In this document: positions 27,225 through 39,300 of the stretch, piece by piece
How the letters are laid out: each line of letters begins with the position of its first letter
Numbering within the stretch: position 1 is the first letter of the stretch
Source of the DNA: Leucoraja ocellata
Lineage: Eukaryota
Length of the DNA: 64,000 bases
NCBI GenBank assembly: GCA_036785375.1
Contig: JAWMAR010000063.1
Span: 7,440,001 to 7,504,000 of the forward strand
Reading direction: 5' to 3'
Made by a program: the position numbers and the translations under genes
Notes under the pieces: model-generated
Seen by the model: only the letters and a program-made list of their open reading frames with translations
Databases searched by the model: none
Told to the model about the DNA's origin: nothing

Positions 27225-27362
27225 TCAGACCAGCTCCATGCTTCCGAAGGGGTAGGATTTGCCCCCCTTGGATTCTCTACTGGTGCTAGGTTCACTTGAG
27301 TTTGACAGTTTCAAAGTTGGAATGCTGAAGCGAAGACTGTTGCCACCTGGCCCGAATGTGTC
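27225..27362 (-). CDS. gata4: GATA4-like coding exon 6 (terminal coding part)
   Basis: Acceptor ctctttatttccag|GAC. Encodes [52 protein letters not shown] motif as in the GATA4 last exon. Confidence 0.82.
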   Translation of the reverse strand, partial: DTFGPGGNSLRFSIPTLKLSNSSEPSTSRESKGGKSYPFGSMELV

Positions 27363-30300
27363 CTGGAAATAAAGAGCAGAGGACACGTTGACATGGAACA
27401 TTAGCAACATTGGGTGTGCTATTTATGTTAGTATTGTCATGTTGGAATGGTTAAATATGAACATTTAGCACAAAGTAATTTAGTGTAAGCTTGCAGCCTG
27501 GAAGAAAGAAGCTAGCAAGAAGTTTGGCACAGTTTGACTGCATTTCTTGCAATTGGTGAGGACCAGGAAAGATTCCTTCAAGTTCCAAGAAGATTACTGG
27601 ACCTTCGTGTTATCTAAATCCTTCTCATGCTCAGATTTACCTTCCTGTCCGGTTAATTGTCTGTTGACCCGGATCTTTAACCCCGCCAAGCTCTGGGGTC
27701 CCATTCATGTGCACCACATACTGCCTCCTGTCCCAGACAGGTGGAAACTCTGACCATAGAGTAGGTGGCTCGCTGCAATACCAACATCAACCCAGTCCAA
27801 GATGTTGGGACAGAGTTATGGTGGTACTAAATCACAGGGGAAATTAGTAGAGCACAACTAGAGTTTCTACCTATTAATCTCTTGGACCACTTTGTTTCTT
27901 TACACTTCAGAAGAAATTATTGGAGTCACCTTTCTCAGAACCCAAGATGACTCAGTGTGGCCTACCGTCTTACAATCTTACACTTAATATGATTGTGCCT
28001 AACCTAGTATTACTTCTTTAGTCAGAGGGTGGTGAATTCATTGCCACAGACGGCTGTGGATGCCAAGTCAATGGATATTCTTAAGGCGGAGATTGACAGA
28101 TTCTTACTTAGTAAGGGTGTCAGGGGTTATAGGGAGAAGGGAGGAGAATTGGGTTGATAGGGAAAAAATAAATCAGCCATGACTGAATGGCAGCGTAGAA
28201 TTGATGGGCCGAACGGCCTAATTCTGCTCCTATTACTTATCAATTTATTAGGATTATCACTGAACTGTTTGCAAACAACAAAATAATGTCACTGTATTTA
28301 GGTAAACGTGACAATAAAGTACCATTGGCCCCTTGAAATTCGCCCCGCTTCCCGGACTTACCTGGGTGCTAACTCTCTGAACTCTGCATGCAGATGAGTA
28401 AAGGCCTGGCTCCGTCTTTGGTGTGATAAGTTCCAATGCACCTGCAGAAGTACTAATAGGTGTGGATGGCAAACTGGAAAAGGGCGCTGAAGGACAAAAA
28501 TAGAGACATCGGGTTGGTGATAATTCAAACAAAATGCAGAGCTGGTAGCAGCATCACATATTGGGACGCGTGTGACCGTTTTCACTGCAAAATGAAACAT
28601 AATTGAAAATGGGTGGACTTCATGCAGGTGGCTCGGGGTGTTAGTTTCATTCCGGACCTCCCTGTATTGAAGCGCCAATGCAAAGACACCCGCCAGCATG
28701 CACGCTTGCCATTGCTGCACCGCCCGCAGTAAACATGGGCAGAAGGAATGACTTTACATTTTACTTTAGACTACAGCACGGAAACAGACTCTTCTTGCCA
28801 CTGTCCGTGTCTACCAGCGATCACTAGCAACTTTCCTAAGAACAATTTACATTTTTTTACCGAGGCCAATTAACCTACACATCTGCATGGCTTTGGAGTG
28901 CGGGAGGAAGCAGGAAACTCACAGGGAGAAGGTACAAACACCATTCAGCACTGTTTTATCTACACGACTATGAAACATATAATGCTACAATAACCTACAA
29001 ATCCAAACATAATTTTAATCAACTATTTACAGAAATATACACAAAAATACAACCAAACCCACCACCACAATACAAAATAGACAAATATTCTTAAATATGA
29101 AACCACTATTTCCCCATCTTTATTGACGACACATTCCACCCCCGCGGTGCCCATCGGTCCCGGATATCCCCCAGGACAGCGCTAGCCCCTCTCTAGCAAA
29201 GATCTTAGGCGTAACCCGGGGAAAGGGGCAGGCAGCCGGCTCGGGCAGACTCGTGACTCGCGGATGGCCAGGCCTAGGAGCAACACAACCAGGACATCTT
29301 CAGCCCGAAATCTGGACGTATTTGAAGTGTGGGGGGAAACCGGAGCACCCGGAGAAAATCTACGCGGTCACACTTCACCCGGATCAGCATCGAACCCGGG
29401 ACTCTGGCTTCGATCCTGGACTTACTGCTGCGTCACCCCGCCACCCCAAATGCTCACAACTCCAGGAAAATCTTTGAGTGCATGAGCAAAGTCTGAGCAG
29501 GCACGGACAGCTGACGGGAAATCGATGCAAGTAGAACCCCTTTAAGGGGGGGGGGGGGGTAATAAGTATCCGTCTCATTTATGGAGCTCACCCAACATTT
29601 TCGCCCCGGGCCCAATCTCCTTGCCCCACCATACAATCGTTGGCTGCATTTCACCACTGGTCACCCCTCTGAACACAGAACCCCGCAGCATCCCTCAACC
29701 AGCGAGCCTCTTCCAATCACTATGAACCGCAACCAGCGATACTCCCGATATACCACCGTGACAGGTAAACCTATGCTTCCTTTCCCCGCCTCCTCTTCCC
29801 TCGACTGCAATCCTGCCCCTCGACAAGTGCAAGCCCACCAAATCCACCCTGCCCGGAACCCACGAATCCTACCCTCGCCCACAGCTGTCCACCAAACCTT
29901 CCTGGCTGGCGCTCATCTTCCAGCAGCACACCGCCGAACGTCAATGACAAAAAGTGTGAGCCAATGCAAATTCCTTCAGTCAGAAGAAAGACACAAAGTG
30001 CAGATGTAACTCAGCGGGACAGGCAGCATCTGGAGAGAAGGAATGGGTGACGTTTCGAGTCGAGACCCTTCTGCAGACCTATCTTCTCGGCGGCGGCGTC
30101 TCTCAGACGGAATAGTGTCGATTGGCCAGTCTGAACCAACTGAGTTGAGCTACGTAGAGAAGTACTAACCCGTTTCCAACAAATAGTCCTTCGGATGTGG
30201 ATCGTTTAACATAATTACACAATCTGTGCCAGCACTTGCATTTCCCACAAACTGTCTCTAAATTATTGTTTAAAATGTCCTATCATTTATAAAGCGATGT

Positions 30301-33300
30301 GAATTTTGCATTTGTTCTCAGGACCTGCGTTGATGGAGAAATAAAGAACTGCAGATACTGGTTAATACATAAAAAGACACAGAGTGCTGGAGTAACTCAG
30401 CGTGTCATTATTCCACTGTCCCATCCCAATGCTCGGACTATCCTGGCAAAAATACTGAAAGATTGTCAGAGGAAAGTTACCAGTCCTGCCGACTATCGCT
30501 TACCAGCGGAAGATGCGTCCTTGTTCACATTCTTTGGTTTCCGCTTCCGTGTCTGGATCCCTTCTTTCTTCATTGCTAAAGGTCGCGGTATCTAGTAGGC
30601 GAAGCGAAGCGAAGATTCAGTGAAGTGGCCAAGCAAATAATTGTATGAATATAATGGGGATGGAGAACACGGGGATGGTGGGCAGAAATTGCCTCGTTTT
30701 GTGCATTGACTGCTCTGTACTCCATCCCAACTGTTCTCTGTATTATCACTTTTGAAATATAAAGCAGGACGGCGCAGATTTGATTTGAATTCCAAAATCA
30801 TATCAGGCATCAGAATGTAACTGTAATACCCTGGATTCATTCAGAAACAAAATGTTGGCATTTAAATCAGCCCATTGCTCACTCGCATCGCCTCTCGATT
30901 ATCTTTAAATTAGGAGGTGGTATGTGGGATAACACTCTGAGCTAAAATAGGACCACATATTTATTTAAGAAACGAGAGTGCTGTCGCATATGATATGTGC
31001 ATGGGGCCCCAGTCTCAGGAGTCACGGGCCACGTCAAGTGGTCCACTTATATATCTTTCTTTTCAGATCAGGACGAGATCTTTAACAAAACAAAAACGAA
31101 CCTTGCATTTGTTGTGGTTTACAACCAATGATACCTTTCTTTTCATTTTAATTTTCACGGGCGGTTTCAGTTTTAGTAAACGAGGCAGGTGATTTTTGCG
31201 TATCACGCTCGGGCGATCGGATAATTTGTTGTTGAATCGATGTTGATTGATAAACTATACCTAACACACCGTGGATAACGTTTCTGCTCTTTATGTTTCG
31301 GAATAGTGCCTTGGGATCGTTTAAATGCCGACCGGATGGAACAGTCAGTTCTCACTCAAAGAAGCGGCGGCACATTGGTCCCACAGACGCTCGCTGGGCT
31401 TCCAGCCTGTGGACCTGTTGAAGTTGTGGCATTTCAGCCGACGACTTGCCGGCTCGGGCCTGATAATTAGACTGATCACATTTTTAGAAACAAATGAACT
31501 GCGGATACTGGTTAACACATAGGGACATATACTGCGGGAGTAACTCAGCGGGCAGGCAGCATCTCAGGTAACCCCCTTTTTAAGAAAGGAGGCAGAGAGA
31601 AAACGGGGAATTACAAACCAGTTATAGCCTTACATCGGTAGAAGCTTGAGTCGATTGTTAAATATGTTATAGCAACCCATTTGGAAAAGCAGTGAGAGGA
31701 TCGGTCAAAGTCAGCATGGATTTATGAAGGGGCAATCATGCTTGACTAATCATCTGGATTTTTTTGAGGATACAGCAAGTAGAATGGTTCAGGGACATTC
31801 AGTGGATGTGGTGTATCTGGATTTTAAAAAGCATTTGACAAGGTCCCACACAAGAGATTAGTGTGCAAAATTAGAGCACATGGTAATGGAGGTAGGGTAT
31901 TGACATGGATAGAGAACTGGTTGGCAGACAGGAAGCAACGAGTAAGAATTAACGGGTCCTTTTCAGAATTGCAGGCAGTGACTAGTGGGGTGCCGCAAGG
32001 CTCAGTGCTAGGACCCCGGTTATTTACAAAATATATTAGCGATTTAGACGAGGGAATTAAATGTGACATCTCCAAGATCGCGGATGACACAATGCTGGGT
32101 TACAGCGTGAGCTGCGATGAGGATGCTTTGAGGCTACAGAGTGACTTGGATAAGTGGGTGAGTGGGCAGAAGCATGGCAGATGCAGTATAATGTGGATAT
32201 ATGTGAGGTTATCCATTTTGGTGACAAGAACAGGAAGGTCGATTATTATCTGAATGGTGTCAGATTAGGAAAAGGGGAGGTACAGCGAAAGTCACTGAAA
32301 GTAAGCAGGCAGTGAAGAAAGCTAATTGGCCTTCATTGCAAGAGGTTTTGATTTTAGGAGCATGGAGGTCCTACTGCAATTGTACAGGGCCCTAGTGAGA
32401 CCGCACCTGGAGTATTGTGTGCAATTTTGGTCTCCTAATTTGAGGAAGGACATTCTTGTTATTGACGGAGTGCAGCGAAGTTTACGAGGTTAATTCCCGG
32501 GATGGTGGGACTGACATATGATGAAAGAATGGGTCGACTGGGCTTGTATTCACTGGAATTTAGAAGGATGAGAGGGTTTCTCATGGAAACGAAAAATTCT
32601 TAAAGGATTGGACAGGCTAGATACAAACAAATATATTCCCGGTATTGGGGTAGTCCAGAACCAGGGGGTCACAGTTCAAGAATAATGGGTAGGCCATTTA
32701 GGACTGAGATGAGGAAAAACTTCTTCACCCAGAGAGTTGTGAATCGGTTCTCTGACCCAGAAGGAAGTGGAGGCCAATTCACCGGATGTTTTCAAGAGAT
32801 AGTTATTTAGCTCTTATGGCTAAAGGAATCAAGGGATATGAGGAAAAAGCAGGAACGGGGTACAGATTTTAGATGATCAGCCATGATCATATTGAATGGC
32901 GGTGCTGGCTCGATGGGCCGAATGGCCTACTCCTGAACCTATTTTTCTACGTTTTCTATGTTCTATGAGAAGGAACATGTTCTCTGGAGATGCTGTCTGA
33001 CCAGCTGAGTTACTCTAGCACTTTGTATCCCTTTGTTAGATTTTTTGATTGATTGAAAGATCGTCGAGTCTACGCCGATCACCCGTTCATACCAGTTGTT
33101 TGTTATCCCATTTTCTCATCCAATCCCTGCACACTAGGTCAATTTACATAAGCCAATTAATCTACAACCCCGCAAGTCTTTGGAACGTGGGAGGAAACCG
33201 GAGCGCCCGGAGGAAACTCACGCGATCACAAGGATAACGTGCAAACTCCGCACAGACAGCACCCAAGGTCAGGATCGAACCCGGATCTCTGGCGTTGTGT

Positions 33301-36300
33301 GGCAGCGGCTGCGCCATTGTGTCGCTCTTTGACAGTTCGCATGACAATGATTTTAAGATGATCCACGTACTCGACCTTAGAACTGACACATTACTGAGCA
33401 AACAGAATATTTTATATGTGTATTGGTTCCGTCTTTCCATTAAACACAGAGTTGTAAACCAAACAGTAATTAAAAATAGAAGCTCCATTTTGGGAACAGG
33501 GGCTATAAGAAAAATGCTGATTCTTGCGGCAAAAACATCGTTTGAATTCTATAATTTTATTTACAAATTACGCAGAATTTTAAATACCTAAAGGTTTGTT
33601 CACAGCCGAAATCCAAATTAAGTTAACATTTACAGGAGAAGCAGCCTTAACTCTGTGGGTGTATGTGCAGGATGGAACTGCAGATGCTGTTTTAAGCCGA
33701 AGATAGACACAAAAAGCTGGAGTTTCTCAGCGGTGAGTTTATTACGTGTGTTGGATGTAGCGAGGATTCTTTAGCGAGGACGCGCTTGCGAACGGCGCTC
33801 TGCCTTTCAGAGTCTACTCACCCCGTGGAGTTTCATGTAGAGCCCGCAGGCGTTGCACACGGGTTCTCCCTCCGCATTGCGCCGCCACAGGGTGGTGGTA
33901 GCGGTGTGACAGTTGGAGCATGAGAGTCCCTCTCTCCGAGATGCAGACTAAGAGAAAAAAAACGGTGTTACTGCCCACGAACAACAGCCACTTTGCAATA
34001 AATCTCAACTTCCTAGATGACGATGGTTATTTATTATCAAACTCCACATTAGATACTTGGAATTTATTATTACGCAAGACTTTCTAGGAATCGAAGAAAC
34101 ACCTTTGCCAATGGCTCCCTGGTTTCCAATAACCTTTAGCACCACAGATTGCCTTAGTTCAAGAATCATTTTAATTGTATCCAACTTATTGACAGAACAA
34201 TGACAGGTTAGACCTTTGGTCTCATCCGTAAATCATTTAGCCTATCTGACAGTCAAGACAACATACTTTAATATTGACTGTTGCTTAATAAGTAAAGGCT
34301 ATTAAGACTAGCTGTTAGACTTTAATAATACACAGTGGCCTTTGTTAGTTATGCACCTTTGAATAGTTGACCTCACAATGGGCGTGCACTGTTATATCGC
34401 GGACTGTGGGGACAGCTCTGTTATCCCAAGGTGGTCTGAGACAACAATAATATTAATGAGTTACTGCAGGTGACTGGCTAATATAATTGACCTACGCGTG
34501 AATTCAGAAGCAGAAACCCGTTGGGATGTCGTTCCGTCTGCCAAATGCTTCTTTTATATTTGCAGTTCCGAATTTGCCAGCTGTCCGATCAAGACTTGCA
34601 AGGCAAAGATGTGAAAGAACACAGTTGTGTTCTCTTTGGCGAAGGCGCGCTTATTCTTGGAAAAGGATGGGGAAAAGTCTGGCCCTACTGGGAAGGAATG
34701 TGTAAGCGCAGTCATTGAAACACATTTGCATCTATGTCTGTTTCTCGCCTGTTTATTTTCACATTAAACATCAATCAGTTCCATATTCCACCTTGATGGA
34801 GAGGGACTGCTTTTTGCCTTTGCTTGCCTTTCACCTCATATGTACAGTTCCCCCAACAGATTGGATCTCCTCGGCGAACTGCGGTACCAGATCCGGCTTG
34901 CTTCTGCTTTCCCTCTGCTTTCCTCCAATACCCCCCCCCCCCCCCCCCCCCCCCTTGGCTTAGCGAATCATAACTTTGTCGTTATCCCACAATAATGTCA
35001 GGATAGCGGCACCGGCGAGAGAAGCAGAAATGTGGACCAGGAAGCCAATATCTCTCTTTAGGGGGTTTGCCGTCTAGGTTTGGAAAGGTATACCGAGGTC
35101 AGGACCATTCCTAGCGCTGTCTGTTAATCACGGCGTTAATAAATAAAATGCGTTCACGTCGCAAAGAGCAGGGTCAAAGTGGGAAGTCCCCCTCTGCCTG
35201 ATTTACATATTTTAAATGTCAGGAGCGTGCATTGAAAGCGCGGATTAACCTGTCTAAGTGTGGACAGGTGGCCACGATATCTCCAAGCTGGACTGACAAT
35301 TCGTCAATAATTGACCAAATAGCTTGTTTTCCGTTTAGAAGGACTGGCCAAGGATCATTTCTGAGCACATATTTGATCTGGGTTCCGGATCCCATTCTGC
35401 CAGCGAGCGCTGAGAGAGTAACAATAAAACAAACACTGGGATGTCGTTTTAATCTTCATCTTATGAGCGGGGTAACGGACATGTGTATATTGTACCACTA
35501 GTGCCACATTAACAAACATACATCACACTGAGCACACACTGGGGAGGGAATGGTCCAAGTAAGCCCCCAGATTACATTTCACAGACACTATTATCGTAAC
35601 AGCTACCCCGGTTGATAAACCAGAGGCTAAAAAAAAAACATTTCAACATGTGAATGAAATTCCTGCCGCCCTTATCGTTTTGCTGATTAATGGATGGATT
35701 TGGGACCTTAAACATTAACAGTTACTTGTTTAAAATACACGTCTCTGGTGAACATGATCACAATATTAATTGTTTTGATAGTATTATTAATTCACAACGA
35801 AGTGTGCATCATGGGCTCAAGGTATATCTAAATTATATTTAATTATCTGGGGTGTAGCTGAGGATAAAACCGAATTCCCTTCAGTAACTCAGCGAAACCT
35901 TCGTTTTACTATTTTCATCTATTAACTGCAGTAAAGTCTTCGGTGTTTGTAGCTCCTTCCCCCCATTGCCGTCAGGGCAAGATTGAATTCCGATAGGACA
36001 CCGTGAGAATAATTATCTTCTCACGAGTATTTAATAATGAGCGCTGTAGATATGTGGGAAAGCGTAAATAAGAATAATTATCTCACAAATTACGCAAAAT
36101 ATTATTATAGATACGTGGCACTCAATGAAGCAGCGTTTCTTCTGCAAAATAGCTTCGTGGAAGCCCCAGTATGAACCTGTTGTAGCGCTCTCAAACACAA
36201 GGAGGTCGAACAGTTCTCACGTCACTGTTACTGGTTTGAACGATTGAAGTGATGGAAAGATGCAGCATGGAAACAGGCCCTTCGGCCCTACGGCCCACGC

Positions 36301-39300
36301 CGACCATCGATCACGTGTCACACGAGTTTTAACTTATCACACTTTCTCATCCACTAGGGGGCAATTTACAGAGGCCAATTAACCTACAGACCCGCCCATC
36401 TTTGGGATGTGGGAGGAAACCGGGGTACCCGGAGGAACCCCACAGGGAGAACGTGCAAACCACACAGTCTGTTTTGTTCTTCACGGCCATGAAACAGATA
36501 CTGCTACACGAACCTGCCTTCTGAATGGCAACAACCACCTAGAGCCTCGTCTATGGGAATTAGTTACGTTATAATTATCGAATGAAGGTTTATATTTGCC
36601 TGTCACAATAAGATAATTATTATTTTACAACTAGGCAACTCCGAATAGAAACTATTGTATTCTACCTTTCTATTGGGAACGTTTTGACTTTATATTTAAA
36701 ACCAGGCGTCGTATTGGCTTGACGTGGCTTGGTTTAAATGTTGCTAACCACATCATGTGCCCCATTACGTTCCCCACGGCATTATAATGGGAAGAAATAA
36801 ACTAGTTGCTCATGCTGTTTAAGGGGAACCCCGTGCAGAACATATACTAATACATGTGTCTAGTTTAACGTTGCATTTAATATTCGATCTTTTGAGGATG
36901 CGAATGGTCGCAATGTAAGAAACACATTTAGTTTGGTTAAATGTTTTAAATGTAATTGGGGAAGAATGTGAAGAAACTAATTCAATAGATGTGAGTTGGG
37001 GGCCATGGGCAGTAGCTGCAGTGGTGATATAGATCATCCATAAATGTCAGAACATGATCGCGAGGCTAAATTGTGCCTTGGGACATGTAGGAAAAGCCAG
37101 TGCATTGTAGCACAGTCACTGCAACATCATCTGTTGGTAAATGACCAAGTGCCGGTAATGTATGTGGCAACTGCAGGTTGCATCATTTCACTCCGTTGTA
37201 GAGTCCACGGGAGGATTTGCAAACGATAGCTAACATTGGATGAAAGTGTTTGCAGCAAAAAAATTAATTGCTGGAAGAACTCAAGCTCTGGGTCAAACGC
37301 CAACGTCAGAAAGAAGAGAAGTGACGTGTGAAGTCGGAAGGTGGGATACGGGTGGAAGGGGGCGGGGAGGGAGAGATGGTGAATAGAAGGGAAATGTGCG
37401 ACTCGGGATGGGGAATGAGCGTACGGAGGATGGGGAAGGTACAGGGTGATTGGGCTGGTGGGAGATGAGTGTGGGAATCGGTTTGGGGGAAAGAGAGAGC
37501 GGGGGCCTTACTTGCATTGGAGAATCCAATGTTCATACCGTTAGGCTGTACGCCACCCAAACGGAATATGAGGAGTATACTGCCCAAGAGGAATGTGTAG
37601 GAAGGGACTGCTGAAGGAACTGAAGATAGATTAAAAAAATGCTGGAGTAAATCAACGGGTCAGGCGGTATCTCTGGAGAGAAATAATCTCCACCCGAAAC
37701 GTCACCCATTCATTATTTCCACAAATGCTGCCTGTCCTGTTGAGTTACTCCAGCATTTTGTGTCTATCTGCCCAAGAGAAATATTTACCGATATCGCTTC
37801 CTCGGGCGTTACAACTCACTCCCCATCTTTTCTTTTCTAATACCACTTTTCTTCTTTTCGCCGCTAGCCTTTATGACTCACTGTATTAATTTGTCAATCA
37901 CACCCTCCTCACTTATATGTACGTGTCATTCGCCAGCCTTTGCCCCACCTCTACCTCTCTAATCCATGGGATTGATAGAAGGAATGAGCATAACACAGGA
38001 CATTCGAAGTAAGGTTACATATTGGTTACGAACTCAATGGATGGATAGCCATGCTGGTGAGTCTATATTGCCTTCCCTTGGAATGTGTTGTATTCCTGCA
38101 TATAACCATTTCCAGCTCAAATTGTTTTAGTAAAGTCTTATCAATTCAAAGCAACGAATCCCACCTTGTATCAACTTAGTGTGATATGAATGAACAATGA
38201 TTCGATTCCAATCAGCTACAGTCGTGCTTGCAATACTAGATCAGGGAACGTGTCCGCAGAAGGAACTTCATAAGTTCATAACTGATAGAAGCAGCATTAG
38301 GCCATTTGGCCCATCAAGTCCATTCCGCCATTCAACCATAGCTGATCTACCTTTCCCTCTAACCCCATTCTCCTGCATTCTCGCCAGAACCCCTGACACC
38401 CGTACTAATCAAAAATCTATCTATCTCTGCCTTTAAAAATATCAATGTACTTGGCCTACATAGCCTCCCGTGTTAATGAATTCCAGGGATTCACCACTCT
38501 TGGACTAAAGTAAATTCCTCTTCTCCTGCCTGATGGGACGTCGTTTAATTCTGAAGCTATGACCTCTGGTCTTAGACTCTCCACTCGTGGAAATATCCTC
38601 TCCATATCCATTCTATCCATGCCACGGGGTATAAAAATATATGAAGTACACACAGGCCAGAGATGAAAGTAAAAACATAGGAAGACTCGGTGTGATATTT
38701 GCAGTAAGTGTATGACCTGGGGACCTTGAAAACTTTTCATAATGAAGAGATTAAATTTTATTTTACCGCATGGTTTTCCCCCTGTGAACAGACAATAGTC
38801 ACATAGACTGCGATTTCCAAAGCCCAATTTTGTTAGTTTTTAGTTTTAGAAATACAACATGGAAACGGGCCCTTTGGTCCGCCGAATCCACGCCGACCAT
38901 TGATCGCTCGTTTACACATTAATATGTAGTTCCGTGTTATCCCACTTTCACGTCCATTCCCTACACCTCGAGGTAATTTACAGAGGCAAATTAACCTACA
39001 AATCTGCAAGTCTTTGGGATGTAGGAGGAAACCGGAGCATCCGGAGGACACCCACGCGGCCACAGGGAGAACGTGTAAACTTCACACAGACAGCACCCGA
39101 GGTCAGGGTCAAACCCGGGTCTCTGTCAATGCTATGTTGGGGAATTGTAAATAATAAAAAAAATCCTCTTAAAAAAATAATCAGGATGTCTTAAAAACAG
39201 TAATTGCCAAGGTTATCAAAACAGTAAAACCAGTCAACAAAAATAAAATAAAAATGAATTAATGAGGAGTATTAACATACACATGTTACATTGTCTTCCT

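Noticed and set aside
29581-30009. 142-aa Pro-rich plus-strand ORF in a GATA intron
   Set aside because: C-rich low-complexity, probably repeat-derived sequence running into a Penelope-derived repeat; no splice or domain support.
33814-34008. ORF-track peptide MRFIAKW...
   Set aside because: Wrong frame; the real exon 33947-33822 encodes the C-terminal zinc finger.
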